Assembly (NCBI GenBank): GCA_039096225.1
Contig: JBBPEB010000013.1
Span: 1,612,001-1,676,000 of the forward strand
Reading direction: 5' to 3'
DNA: 64,000 nucleotides
DNA from: Blastocystis sp. Blastoise
Taxonomy: Eukaryota; Protista; Bigyra: Opalinata
A program made the position numbers and the translations under genes. Shown piece after piece: positions 1 through 26,277 of the stretch. The notes under the pieces are model-generated. The model saw only the letters and a list, made by a program, of their open reading frames with translations. It was not told where the DNA came from and made no database searches. The number at the start of each line of letters is the position of its first letter. Positions within the stretch are counted from its first letter, which is position 1.

Positions 1-823
1 AAATTGTTAACGAGAAATGGGATCAAAAATCATACAAAGAATACAACGAACTCTGTGCTAAATTAGATGCTATTGGTGTCAAGACTGGATCTTCTTGGGC
101 TGAATTGTATTTTATTATTATTAATTCTTATATATTCACTTTGCTTTTTTTAAATTCAATTATTTAATCCTTTATTTTTACATTTTAAAATTTTATCTAA
201 AGAAAAACTTTATCAAATCCAAATTGGGATACTCCTAAGAATACAATAGAATATATTGCTAAATACTTTTGGTTAGAGATTTTTGGAAAAAATGCTGATG
301 AAATTATTATTGATAATCAAGTATATATATAATTATGTATAATTTTATTTTGCTATTTGATTTTTTTCCAGTATAAATGTTTTTTTTTTTATTTGTAATT
401 TTTTCCGTATATGTTTTTTATTAAATAATAAATGTATAATTAGGGTTCAACAACTATAGTAGATAAAGATTTCAGACCTACTAAACCTATTTCATCTCCA
501 AATTCAAATGATAAAATCCTAACAGTGTATATATTTATAATATATTATAATATATGCTTTGTTTTTATTTATCTATATATGTTATTAAATATATTCTACT
601 CATACATTTATATTCAATTATATATAGATACACTATTTTCTATAATGGAATTATTAAAGGAATTTTAAATTGTGCAGGATATAACGCATCTGTTACTAAT
701 ACTATTGATGATAAAAATGAATGTATATATTATATTATATTATATTATATTATATTATATTATATTATATTTGTTTATTACTTATATATTCTTTTAGGTT
801 CCTTCACAATTACTATATATTAA
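1..823 (+). CDS. TRAPPC6: TRAPP complex subunit Trs33/TRAPPC6-like, 3' part (spliced; 5' end outside window)
   Basis: Spliced translation ...KLDAIGVKTG...TIEYIAKYFWLEIFGKNADEIIIDNQ|GSTTIVDKDF...YTIFYNGIIKGILNCAGYNASVT...CSFTITIY* matches the Bet3/Trs33 family pattern; four GT-AG introns; stop at 821-823. Confidence 0.7.
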
Positions 824-1420
824 ATATATTGCTTACCTGACTAATTCATATACTTAATATATATTGCTAATCATTGTATACAATTGTATTTTATTCTTTA
901 AACGAATTTTGTTGCATTATTATGAACAATTATATATATAAATATATTTTAATATATTACATATCTGTAGTATTCTGTTAACCATAACAGTTTACATTTT
1001 TTTTTATATTATTTAATGACTTATCATTAATACTATTTAAAACAATTGAAAATGATATCACACTTATCAAATAATTATTCTTATAAATATTATTTTATTT
1101 AATAATCTGTAGTTTTAAATAAATATAAATAAAAAAAGTCTATATTTAAAAATTCTATTAATGAATATAATTTATTATTAAAACCATGTATATGCAAATT
1201 ATTCATTTAAAACTTTTTATAAATTTTTATATAAATACAGAAAAAAATATGAAACAAAACTCAAACAAGCATAGCAACCAAATAAAGATAACCAATTACG
1301 TTTTAAAATATATATATTATTATATATATTATATTTAAAAAAAAAAGTATATAATTTTACGATGATATATAAAAAAAGAAAAGAATATCCCCAAATAATA
1401 ATAGTTACTCAAATAATAAT

Positions 1421-4095
<2,675 letters not shown>

Positions 4096-4620
4096 ATTGA
4101 TGACACTCTAAATGAAAAGTAACAATAATTTTTTGATTTCTCTCATTACTCTTTTTCTTTGTTTTATAAACAGAGAGAATTATGAAATGTCTTGGGGAAA
4201 CATTTTAAGGATTCTTATTGGATCAATCATTCTTTCTCGATCAATTATTGGCTTCTGGAGTTCTAGAAATGAATTGTTCTTTCGATTTTCGATTCTGTTT
4301 TGAAATGATTTTCATTTCCTTTGTTTGTTTGCGATGATCTTATAAAGAAAGAAAAGTCTTTTCCTTTGTTTTTACGTATCTAATTTTATAGACATTATTC
4401 TCAACTATTATTGAGATATAAAAATAAATATCGTTTTTATAAATAGTGTACAATTGACGAGTTTGGTCTTTTAAAATTCGAGAAAGAACCAAATATATGG
4501 ATATAATAAATATTTTATACTAATTTTGAGTATTGTTTATAAAATGAGTAAAAATGTGTGTTTTGTCTGATATATGTATATTATAACTTTTTATTTTATT
4601 TTCTAGAGTCCTTTGGTTGT

Positions 4621-7426
<2,806 letters not shown>

Positions 7427-7808
7427 TATAAACCCAAAGAAAAAAGCAAAAAATGATGTTTCACAAACAATGTTTTTTTTGGCTAAAACATTATGCTTGA
7501 TTGTTATGAATTAGTTTATATGTAAATGGCTTCAAAAAATGAATTACTCATTATTTTGTATATTTTTAAGAGTCATTATTCATAATATGTATACACATGT
7601 GTATCTTGATGTTAAATAAAGACGTATTTATGTTGAGAATCTATTGTATTATTTAATTTATGCATTTTTGAATGAGTTTCTATTTCATGTTATTGACTCT
7701 GTAAAGTATACCAGTAATTAATTATAAAAAATACGGGTTAAGTCCTATAAACGATAATCCAACAAGATTTTCATTATTATTTAAGATGTAACATTATTTC
7801 TAATCGTT

Positions 7809-12240
<4,432 letters not shown>

Positions 12241-12606
12241 ACTCAAATGAAAAATGAATGTAAAAGTGAATTAATTTAATCTATAAGTTCTCAGAATAAT
12301 CTAGATATAAGTTAAGATATACATAATATGTTTTATTATTATTTTTTAATAAACGACAGTAATAATAAAAGTAAGCACAAATGAAAATAGTTTTTTTAGC
12401 GAAAATAGTTTTGGCGGTTGATTTTTGTCATATTATTTATTGATTAAGGAAATAAAGAAAGATTATATTACTAATGATTGTAAGAATTAGTAGAATACAC
12501 TATGAATACTATTTTTGTGATATTATCAGAAAAAAAAATTGATTGAGAATTATAAAACAAAACAACACTCTAGGAAGACGCAATAATTGAAATTTATTTA
12601 CTGATT

Positions 12607-14180
12607 TTAATCCTTCTTGGATTTCTTAGCTTTTTTATTAGCTTTAGGAACATTGTTAGAAAAATGTTTGGTTTCTTTTTCTTCAGAAACTTTTTCTTCA
12701 GCTTTTATTTCAGTATTAGACTTGGTCTTAGATTCAATTTTGATATCAGATTGATTAAACCACATAAGATAACTGAGAAGATGAACGATAATGGTACAGA
12801 TATCCTATAGATTGTATGTAATAGATAAGAATAAACAAATAAAAGTTTGAGAAAGTAATAATTATGAGTAAAAAGAGAAATATATACAATTCTGAGTACA
12901 TCCTTAAGTAAAGAAAGGATAACGATAACAGTAAATAAGTAGAAATGGCATTCTTCCTATAAAGTGATATGAAATAGTAACAGTGAGTTGACAGTAGATA
13001 TAAAATAGGGTTAATATATATATAAACATAAAGAAAAATTATTAAAAAATGAATATGAAAGATAAAATGTATACAATAGGAATGATAGGCATATTAGGAA
13101 TATAACCGTAGGGATTGCGAATAACTAAGTAGAAAATAGTTAAGAAAAGGTTTCTATTCCAAGAAGATTCGTTCTTCTTATAGATATAGTTAACAGATTT
13201 AAAGAATCCAGTTTCACCGTTAGGAATAAAGTAAACAGTATGCATCGCAGAGAAGAGACAAGCTATATAGATAGATATAATAAAAATAGATATCAGAAAA
13301 GAATGAAGAATAATAATATATTTAAAAAAGAATGATAAACAGATATATATATAAAATCGTAAGCTAAAAATAATAATAATAAAAATAAAAAAAAATAAAA
13401 AAAATAAAAAAAAAAAAATAAAAAAATTCAAAATAGATCATGTTGAGTATAAGTATATACAAGTAATAAGTCCACAGAGAAGAGCAGCCGAGAAAGAGAA
13501 TTGTTGTTCGATGGCGACATCACTACCCCAGTCAGCAATACAATAAGTAGAGATAAAGAAACCAAATATATAACGAATAAACTATATATATATATAGAAG
13601 TGAAGTAGAGAGGTGTATTCATATTAAATAATAATTTATATAATAGAAGAAATTTAAGTAACTATTATAATAATATATATATATACTCCTAGAATATAAG
13701 ATTTATTAAATAATGTGAAACCGAGATCAAAAGGCATAGCAAATATAAAAGCCCTATATATATATATATAAGAAAACATATACATATATATATATAACAT
13801 AAAACATATAACAAATTATTCATTACTTAAAATAATATAAAGTATAAAAAATACCATCCAAGAATTAAGGAAATAGCATAATAAGAGTGATAGAAGAGAC
13901 CTATAGGTAATCCACAAAGAAGACGAGTCGCACTACCACCAATGTAAGTAGTGAAGACAGCAAGGAGAGTGGATACAGGGCTAAGAGGAATTCCAGTAGA
14001 TTTTTGTTGTTTACGAAGATCATATCCTAAGTTAGCAGCACATAAGAAATCAATCAAATAGAAAATATTCTCATAGTTGAATTGACTCAAGTAAGGAATA
14101 AATTTAGTAACATCACTTTGTAAGTGATTTTGGACATAGTCTAAAGCAACTTCTTTTATTTCGGTAGTATTAAAATCCAT
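12607..14180 (-). CDS. TRIC/TMEM38-like multi-pass ER membrane cation channel (putative)
   Basis: Multi-TM protein with ...AVFTTYIGGSATRLLCGLP..., DWGSDVA...ALLCGLITSC; C-terminus KKAKKSKKD* is a dilysine ER-retrieval type tail similar to TMEM38 proteins; GT-AG introns. Confidence 0.55.
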
Positions 14181-14717
14181 TTGTACAAACAATAAAATAT
14201 AAATGAAATATGATTTAAAAAATCTGTTACAGTCATTTCTTTCAAAATTGAAAATTGTTGTACTTCCGTTTTTCCATAAAATTAGTCTATCATAAGTCTT
14301 ATCTTTCATGATCATTGAATAGTTGACTCTATATATAATTATTGACTATATTGTTCTTGAAAAGAAGAGCTATTTATCTATGGCTATAATAGAAATTAAG
14401 GATTCCATTATGAACTGACATTTATGATACGTTATCAAAAAATAGAAAAATAGCATATAGATACGTATACATACTAAAATGAATGCATATTGTGTTCGAA
14501 GAGTTATTCAAATCATGAAAAATCGTTGAGAAATCAATAAAAGAAGAGGAAACAAAGCACGATATCAAACATAGATGCATTAGATAATGAAAGAATACTA
14601 TGAAAGAAATGTTTGACTAAATAAATGTAAAAAAATGAGAGCTAATAAGAAAAGCTAGTATAAATAGAAATTAAAAAAAAAAATAGATTATAACAATGAT
14701 TTTAAAAATAATTGAAT

Positions 14718-16705
<1,988 letters not shown>

Positions 16706-16816
16706 ATATTCTAATAAAATAAAAATTTAAAGAAATAAATGTAAGTACAACGGTTTCTTCTAAAGAGATTTGTATTTTTTGAAAAATGTTCTGAATATCT
16801 TCATTATCATTTGGGA

Positions 16817-16851
16817 TGACGTCAACAAACCTGATAGTGCACCCTCCCAAT
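16817..16851. promoter_or_regulatory. CRE-like palindrome TGACGTCA plus CCAAT upstream of CDP-DAG synthase
   Basis: TGACGTCA at 16817-16824 and CCAAT at 16847-16851, about 110-145 bp upstream of ATG 16705, in otherwise AT-rich DNA. Confidence 0.35.
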
Positions 16852-17501
16852 CAACTGACTTTTTTATCAGATAATTCCAGTTATTTGATATTCACAAGAA
16901 GAAATTCTCTAGTCATTTTTCAATATTTCTCTTGGTTTTTTTGTGATGATAATAATTCTATACGAATTTCGTTTCTGAAACTCTTAGAATTTTATATATT
17001 TTTCTTTCTTGTTCTTTTCCAAGCTGAAAGTCAATATGTTTAGATCTATAGTATTGCAGCCATTGAATTGAATGTCTCTCGTACTCTTGAATCACTTATC
17101 TGTAGTACATGCCAACTTTTTGTGAATAATCAAAATTTCTGGATGTTATGAATTATGGTAAAGACATGTATAGTGTGTTCCTAAGATATAAGGATTCATG
17201 ATTTATATGATGAACAAATAAACTCTATTGATAAAATAGGAACAAAACATGGTTGAAAAATAAAATAAACTATTAAAATTGTTTCTGGAAAAGTAAAAAA
17301 AAATAATAATAATAAAAAGAAAGTGAAAAGTTGAAGATATTTATAATATTGTAAATAATATAATTTTATTGAAAAAGGGAAAATACACTTAACAGATATA
17401 TATGAAAGCAATAATCAATAATATGTATATATAAAATGAATTGAAATAGAGAGTGAAAAAGAATAGAATTATTTATGAATAAGAAATTAACAAAAAAATG
17501 A

Positions 17502-19041
17502 TTATATTTGTGGTGATAAATAAATAGGTTTTGGAATATCATCATCATCACTATCATCATTATCACTATCATTATTATTATTATTATTATCTATATCTAT
17601 ATTAGTTGTGGATAGGTATGATGAATTCCGGTGGGGATCATTGGAAGAATTAGGAGATGATGAATTCGTTTGTTTCGATATGTGAATAGAGGATGTATGA
17701 AGAGTAGTAGTATTAGTAGTATTATTAGTATTATTAGTATTATTAGTATTATTAGTAGTATTAGTAGTAGAAGGATGAAGAGGTATAGATGTATTTAGAG
17801 ATTGTTTTGAATGATTTATTGTGTTTTCAGAGGATTTAGTATGTTGATTATCTGTTTTTGAAGGAGTTGAAACATACATAGGTTTACATATAGGAATATC
17901 ATCCTCATCCTCATCTTCATCTTTATATTGTCCTTTCGATTCAGTATTTATATAATTGTTATCTATATCAATAGTGACTGATTTATTAGAAACTGAATAT
18001 GTATTTGAAAGATTTGAAACAGGAATAGGTATAGAAATAGGAATAGGAACAGATATAGGTGATAATGAGGAAGCAGAATATGTGGATGACTGAGATTGTC
18101 TGAATGTATCTGAAATAGAAGAGGAGAGAGAGAGAGGAGATACAGGAATAGGATCATTTGAAGAAAGTGAATTTGAGGGCTTCACGGGAATATGAGGTCT
18201 ACCAGGAAGAGGTTTGCCTTCAACAACCGTGGAACTAATGGGTATAAGAGTAGGTGAGAGTGGACCTGTATTTGAAGGAATAATAGTAGTTTTCTTCATA
18301 GAGACAGTTCGTCCAAGTATGTTTTTAACTGGAGGATTATCATTATTATTTATAGTAGTAGATTGAGTTTGAGAAGTAGATGTATAGAGAGAAGTGGAAG
18401 GAGTTGTAGTATATGTAGATACAGGTAGAGGTTTAGAGGGAGTAGGAGAAATAGGAAGTACATAAGTAGCATTGGGGATAGGAGAGATAGTAACATTAGG
18501 AATCGAAGAATAATCACGGGAATTAGGATTTGGGGAGTAGTAGAATGGAGTATGATTGTTGGAGTCGAGAAGTGGGTATGATTCTATATATATATATATA
18601 GAGTTGAAATTAATTAATAATACTGGGATAATGGAAAGAAGATTATATATATATAGTTACCACTAATAGATGATTTATAATGTTTCTTAATATGTGAATT
18701 GTTATGACGACAACATAAGATGTATATCTAGAAGAGTTATAATATATTATGATTATGATTATTAATATTATTAATATTATTATGATTATGATTATTAATA
18801 TTTTTAATATAATTAATATTATTAATATTATTAATATTATTAATATTATTAATATTATTATGATTATATACAGATATTTGTCCAATGAGGAGACCTAATC
18901 CAACACACAAAAATACAATTGCTAGAGAAAGTTGTTCATCACGTGACATACCGAAACAGTATTCATTTGTATCGATAGAAAAAGAGGAGCAGCTTTCTGT
19001 AAGCGTATCAGCTACTATATATGGATCACTACCATGTCGTA

Positions 19042-19076
<35 letters not shown>

Positions 19077-20006
19077 AATAATATCACTTAAGGGGATACT
19101 ATTGATAAAAAAAATAAAACTCAAAAAAAATTAAAGATATATATATACAGTAATATTAAAAGAAGGAGTATATTTTTCTTGATATCTTCCGATTTCATAG
19201 TTATATTTATAATAACAACCGATGTCATTAGTATTAAGAACAGATCCTTGAGAACTAAAAGGAAAAGAGTATATATATATATATGAATTAGGTTGGAAAA
19301 TTAAATATATATATATATTATTAATAATTCAATTCATGTATTCATGTTAATACTAATAATAATAATCATAAATAAATAAATAATAAAATAATATATATAT
19401 ATACGGAGGTTGATCTATAACATAATGTGTCCCTTGAGAATGAACACGAATACATATATCATAAAGATAAGTAATCGTTTTACATTGATTATTCTCATAA
19501 GTACCATTATATAACTTACACTTTAATTGACAATCAGTTGTATTTGAACATCCAAGAATGAAATCTGAAATGATTTTTTCTTTTGTTAATTTAATTTCAT
19601 TATCATACAATGAGAAATTACTAGAATCTTTAATGACAAGTTGTTCTACATTTGATACTAATACAGAAAAATAAACAACAGGAGACGATACACAACCAAC
19701 ATCTGGATCTCTATCAAGATTACAAGGATCATGAACAGGATAATAAGGTCCATAACCTTGATTTTTCTGTGTGATATTCTTTCCATTCACTGTAAATAAT
19801 TCTTTTGAAAAAATGTTTGATAATTCCATCCATTGCAAGGATACATCGTTATATTTTAGAATGTTCTCGGTTCTCTCTACATCAGATACAAAAAGAATAG
19901 TAGACACTGTCAGAAGAGACAAAGGAATCCATATCAAGCTCCAATAAAAGCAAATACACGTACAACAACATGACTTCTTTCCAAAACTTTTTGATTTATT
20001 CGTCAT
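17502..20006 (-). CDS. Unknown two-TM membrane protein with a Cys-rich luminal loop and long Pro/Ser/Thr/Asn low-complexity tail (5 exons)
   Basis: Open spliced frame with GT-AG introns: MTNKSKSFGKKSCCCTCICFYWSLIWIPL...(Cys-rich)...IRHGSDPYIVA...LAIVFLCVGLGLLIGQISIYILCC...PKPIYLSPQI*. Confidence 0.75.
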
Positions 20007-20806
20007 TTTATATATGTTTATTAAACGTTGTATTATTCAAAACTATAATAGAGAATATTATGCACAGACAAGAATAAGGAGTCAGAATATATTGAAGTCA
20101 ACTCCAAAAATATACAGTTTATTTTCTATGTTTTTTTCCCTAACAGGTTTGTTTTCTTTTTGATTAGATATAGAGTTATTTAAAGAAGTTGCTTCGCTTT
20201 TTTTTATCTATAATATATAAATGATCTATGGCTATTTATATATTAAAGTTTATTTGGTGATTGATTGCAAGATACTCAAGAATAAGAGTTTTAGTTGAAT
20301 TGCTTGCGAGTTATTAGAAAAGTTAAACAGATTTCTTCATGTTTTTAATATGAACATAACTTTTTACAACACTATGTATATATTAAAACTAATACAGACA
20401 TCCGAAAAAAAATCAATTTTTCATAGTATCTACTATTTATTAAATTTCATGTTATTCACCATGATTGTCATAAAGTATATCATTGAAAAAAACATATTTG
20501 ATGGGAATATTCATACGATAATGAATATGGGTAACAGTGTTTTTTAAACTTTCACTATGTAATTTGTATTGTAATTATTTAATCTATTTATACACACATG
20601 AATATTAGATAAAAAGTACTTTTTATTAAAAACTGGGTGTGTAACGACATTGTGAGTAAACTTTATGTAATTCATAATTTTTATGACTCTCTCTAGTCTT
20701 GAAAAACATACACAAAGAAACATTATAAATCAATACACATTAAGTGGTGTTCAACTAGAAAAAAAATTTAAAAAGCAAACTTCTAATCAAAATTGTTTTC
20801 AGGTTG

Positions 20807-20813
20807 TATATAA
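20807..20813 (+). promoter_or_regulatory. TATA-like box of the U4 snRNA gene
   Basis: TATATAA about 31 nt upstream of the inferred U4 5' end; weak evidence given the AT-rich background. Confidence 0.35.
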
Positions 20814-20837
20814 GCTAGAGTTGAAGTAATTGTTGAT

Positions 20838-20977
20838 ATCCTTGCGCTTGGGGTAATATCATTGTAAGTGAGGTTCGCCGATACGTGATTATTGCTAGTT
20901 GAAAACTAAATCCAATCGCCGTGGACACTGTTTGCTAACGCGAACGGGTCCCAATATTTGACACCCTGTGAAAGGGT
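20838..20977 (+). ncRNA. U4: U4 spliceosomal snRNA (major spliceosome)
   Basis: 5' ATCCTTGCGCTTGGGG (U6 stem II partner); K-turn 5' stem-loop ATCATTGTA-AGT-GA-GG-TTCG-CC-GA-TACGTGAT; conserved TTGCTAGTTGAAAACT (stem I); Sm-site-like AATATTTG at 20953-20960; terminal hairpin ACCCT-GTGAA-AGGGT. Confidence 0.93.
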
Positions 20978-21225
20978 TTGATTAATGTAATTTTTAAAAA
21001 ATTGTGCTTTATATTATTTTATCCATATATATTTAGATGTGTTTTTCTACAAAATCATTTTTCTTTAATTATTAACACGTAAACAACAAAATTATTGATT
21101 TGAAATAATTTAAGTTTGATTTTGATAGATAAAATTACGGATGAATAGCAAATAAAATTTCTATAAAATGAATATTTTTTTAAATTCTGATTAATTGACA
21201 ATTCTATTTTAAAATATCAGAATAA

Positions 21226-23746
21226 ATGGCTAGGGTTCTTTACAAGCCTATTAGAAAAACAAATAACAAGACAATTTGTGTCTGTGCTGTTTTTTGGATT
21301 GGTGTCACTATAATTTCTATTCTAATTGGTGTTCTTATTGTGGACAGAAACTTTTCTCAGAAGGCTAGACAGAATTCTATTGCTCAAAGAACAAATAAAA
21401 AAGTTGGTTCGCAACATGTGTCGTCTCAAGTTCCTCAAAATACACGAAACAACATCAAACCGAATTATGATGTTCTTAAAACAAAAAATAAATCTAAAGA
21501 TGAAAATAATCAGCAAATGGAAGTGGAAATCCCAAAGAATCTACTTACTGTGTTCACTGTTATAGAAGATAAAGTATATTATTTTATGTCATAAACACTA
21601 TTATAATTAGGATTCGTCAGTAGTAGGTAAACTATCAAAAAACACAATACAAACAATGAAAGAATTCCCTGATCTTTATACTAAAAAAGTAATTTTTACT
21701 TCAAAGGATAATTTTCAATATATATTGATCAATTCCAACATTATTACAGAATCAGATTTTACGTATTTATACTCATAACTACTTTAATATATTGTATTAT
21801 TTTGTCACAATATAGAGTTACCAATTCTGGGATCATTTCTATTCGATCTATTATGTCTATATTAAGCAAGAAATACTCCTCATTATATTATGTTTATATT
21901 GCTCCTTGTGCTTTCTTTAATCCATCAACTCTAGCACATTATATAGAACAATTATATATTCTTACTCAACAACAAAAAATCAATTCTAATGTATATATAT
22001 TTATTTATATCTTTATATAATAATATATATGTATATATAATAGTTATTTGGCTATACAACAACCCTAATCTCTGACGGATATCCTCTCCCTACACTTACA
22101 AGTCCCGCGGTTATTATCGATTATCTAATAACTAAGTATAAAACAACAATAAGTGATTCTAATGTAATTATATTATATATATATATAATTTTGATATATA
22201 GGACTTTCTTTTCTTTTCTTCAACACTTCTTCCTATTTTTAATGAATTCCCGTCGGAATATGCTCTAAATAGACCTTTTTGGTTACATTCTTTTTATACA
22301 TATATTCATGAATATTCACGTCTTCATGATATTATTGTCGATACATTTTCTTTTGATTTTACAGGTATATATATATATTAATATAGAATAGTATAGTTTA
22401 TTCTTTATATGTTCTGAATATTATTATATAGTAATGGTATTCAAACTGAGTCCTGTTGAAAAATCTGTTTTACCTGTTAACTATAATAGTAATAAAGTAT
22501 ATATATATAATTATTATAATTATAGTATAATTTATATATCTTTATTATATTCATTATTATATATATAGAATTTGCTGAAAGTTCTCCCATCCCTCGTATC
22601 CTCTCATCAATTTAGTATATATATATATATATATATATATATTCTTATATATACTTCTCTCTAGTTCCTTATATATCAAATGTATGTTTCCATCCCTCCA
22701 ACGACTTTCTTTCCCCTACCTACGACGATATTAATCCATCTAGCTATATACAATGGAACAAACAATTAACTTCTGTCCTTCATTCAGGTATATATATGTT
22801 AGTATTATTATTTCTTTACATATTTCTAGACAATTTCTTTATTATATATATATATATATATAGATCAAAAATGTATTGTTTTCGCAGATTCAGTAGATCA
22901 ATTCTCTAGCTTTATATACTTCTATTCTTCATGTATATATATGGATATAATTATACCTGTCGGTGAAACATGCACGTATATATATATAGATATATATATT
23001 CGTAATATCATAATAAATATTCATTAATATATCACATATATACATTATTTTATTATTAATAAATATTCATTAATATATCACGTATATACATTATTCTATT
23101 ATTAATATGCATATATATATCATGAATATATAGTAAATTAAGAACATTATATGACTCTCCAGTTTCTCCTTCTTCTTCTACAAATAATACTATTCCTCAT
23201 AATGGAAATACAATTCCATGTGTTTCTCCTTTTACATCTCTACATATTTTATGTGTATATCCACCTTCAAATTCCCGCGGTTTTTATCTGGATATCGTGA
23301 AAAGAAGAATTACTCCTGGGAATACTATTTTCCTATTAACCAATCATAATGAAGCTATTGTACACTCTGTATATTTTCATAATAATTATAGCTATTTATT
23401 TTTCATTTTTTATTACTCCTATATCAAGCTCTTCATATATATATGTATCTATTTAGATTGATTTCCTATTTTCTAATCCGTCTTTACTCGTTATTCATGG
23501 GAATCTGCAAGATTCTGAACAAAAAAATAGTATTCTTACGGGAAAAGAACATGATTATGTATTACTTGAACAATATCCTTTCTATCTTTGCTGTTATTAT
23601 ATTTATTATTCGTATATTTATTATTATTATCTAACTGATATGTATATATATTACTTTTATTATATATATTATTTCCTTAATAAATTAGTTCTTCATCTTC
23701 CTCCTTCTTTTTGTATAAAGTAACTCAAAAGCATTCAGAATTATAA
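21226..23746 (+). CDS. Type II membrane protein, possibly glycosyltransferase-like (multi-exon; last intron U12-type)
   Basis: Short basic N-terminus, single TM (ICVCAVFWIGVTIISILIGVLIV), stem region and a long luminal domain assembled via GT-AG introns; ends HSSSSSFFLYKVTQKHSEL* after the AT-AG intron. Function inferred from topology only. Confidence 0.7.
23573..23688 (+). other. U12-type (minor) intron with AT-AG termini
   Basis: ...GAA CA | ATATCCTTT ... TTCCTTAAT AAATTAG | T TCT TCA; perfect minor 5' splice site and branch motif flanking intron-like TA-rich sequence. Confidence 0.8.
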
Positions 23747-24066
23747 TTATATGTGTATATATCAATTACATAATTTTGATCTCTCTCTTTTTCCTTTTTC
23801 CTCTTTTTTTATGTAAATAAATGTATTATTATCAATTGAAATACTTTTTTGTTTATTACTCTTTCTTTGCATTTGTATATACATAATAATAGTAACATTT
23901 ACGATCTGCTTGATAAATAGATATATATGAAACTCTATCCTATCTATATATTCTATGAACAAAACAAGTCTATAAATACAACAACAACAAAAAAATAAAA
24001 AAAAGACAAAAATGAAAAAATAAAAGCCTAAAAAATAGTTCTATAGAAACATACATAAATAGTAAT

Positions 24067-26175
24067 CTATTCACGCCATAAGAGAAGAGGGTTAATCCCT
24101 CTTAAAAAGAGAACAAAATCGTTAGAGCACGTGCCAGGAATGAGGGGACATTTATATGTATAGAGATAATCATCAATATTCTTCATATCTTTTAAAGCAC
24201 TTAAATAACCGCGAATATATTGATAACTTATAATAGTATCAAGAGACTAAATAGAAATAGAATTATAAATTATTATTAAATATATGTATATATAATATGT
24301 AGAAACAAATAAAGAAAAATATATAGTTCTTACAATTCTTTGTTCTTTGGTCAATAACCGTGAATATTTCGCATAATCATCTTGATCGACATACTCAGGA
24401 TAATCAATAATCAATGTAATATATAGTTTCCCGCGGGAATTGATTCCCATTTTCTCATAGATAAGTTGTGTATCTATTATTAATTTTATAAATATATATA
24501 TTTATATATATGTACTGTTTTGAATAGGTTTTTGAATTTTGATAGGAAATTGTGTTCCATTAAGAAGAGGGATGGAGAGGGATTCTGAGGGTAAAATAGA
24601 TTGGGAGAGAGAAATATGATGAGATATATAGAGTGACTATATAGAGTAATGATAATAATAATAGAATATATATATATGAAATAGATAAAATTATGAATAT
24701 ATATACATTGTCAATATTGGTGAAAAGAGGATGAGGAAGAGCATTCAGAGTGATCGTCACATCTCCACGTTCTTTTAGAAATTCGAAATTACCCTGTGGA
24801 AATGAAATAAAAAGAGTTATGTATTTTTATAATTGTATTTATAATAGTATAATATTAATATATATATACTGAAGATGAAAGAGTGAATTGTTTACCGTTA
24901 TAAGATCCAGAAGGGATAGTGAGGGTCACTGGAATAGTATTCTGAACTAGCTAAATGGTGTTATTAAAAATATGTTTATAGATTAAGAATATACCTTCTT
25001 TCCGTTGCAAATAGGGCACGTGGAAGAAACGAATCCTGATCCAGAACACATTCTATATAATAATATTATATAATAATATTATATAATAATATGTGTAATA
25101 ATATATAGTATAATATATAGTATTATGATAAATATAATAATAATAGAGAAGGGAAACTATACTTGCATCTTGTTTTATACATATAACCGCGGTTATGATC
25201 ATAATAAATATGATTGGAGAATCCAGTACCATGACATAATGGACATTTCTATATATATATATATATATATATTCCATATAAATAATACAAGGATAAATAT
25301 AAGAAATATAAACATAATAATAAAAATTAAAATAAATATAATAATAATAAAATTAGAATAAATATAATAATAAACATAAAAATAAACATAATAATAACAC
25401 TAACAATAAACATATAAAGATCTACTTCAGCATCTTCTACGTCACGTGCTCCTGTTCCGTTACAATGATGACACTTCATATAATTCGTTACATTTAAAGA
25501 AATTACTTTTCCAGTATAAAGATTCTCTAACGTAACCTATATTCTATATACACAACTATATTATTTATATTCTTACATTAACAGATATGTATATAGCAGT
25601 AGCTTTTGATGCTCTTTTAGGAGTGTATTCGAAATCAAAAACATATTTCTATATATATAAGTATTTACAACACCATAAGACAAAATTATTTACTTTAGAA
25701 AAAGACTGAAATCGAAATGGATAATCTGTATATTGGTCTGTTAAGGATGATGTTGCATCCTATACATATAATATAATAACTGAGTATTCTTTCTATACAT
25801 CATCTAGTCCATTTTGATCATAATCCTGTCGCCTTTTTGAATCACTTAGAATTTCATATGCTTTCACCAACTAGAAAAGACATTGAAATATCATAAAAAT
25901 AATATATACCATCATAAAGTCTGTTTTAGCTTGTTCAATATCTTGATCGCCATTTATTTTATCAGGATGCATATATAACGCTTTCTAAGTATATTAATAT
26001 ATACAGCAAGCATCATACCTTTCGATAAGCCTTTTTAATTTCTTTTTCAGTGCAATCATTTGTTACACCAAGAATCTATAACTTTTATTATCTATCGAAA
26101 ATATCATACTTCATATAGATTTATTGCTCTCGATAGTAAAAAAAGAAAAAGGAGCAATAACAATGAAACTTTCAT
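24067..26175 (-). CDS. DnaJ/Hsp40 co-chaperone with signal peptide, J domain and CxxCxGxG zinc fingers (ERdj3/Scj1-like)
   Basis: MKVSLLLLLFSFFLLSRAINLYE signal peptide; IKKAYRKKALYMHPDK (HPD motif); AYEILSDSKRRQDYD; CHHCNGTG, CPICNG; C-terminal GKLYITLIIDYP. Confidence 0.9.
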
Positions 26176-26277
26176 ATCTTTGAAGAAAAAACAGAAATTT
26201 TTGGTTAACAAAAATAGTTTTTGATCATTGACGTGATTGAATGCTTGCTTATAATTCATTAAAATAAGTATTGTGAA
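26176..26277. promoter_or_regulatory. Compact bidirectional promoter between DnaJ and CorA
   Basis: Only 102 bp separate the divergent ATGs (26175 minus, 26278 plus); contains TTGACGTG and GATTG elements. Confidence 0.5.

Noticed and set aside
20838-20977. U4atac rather than U4
   Set aside because: The GCTAGTTGAAAACT stem I region and TTGCGC 5' segment match major U4, not U4atac.
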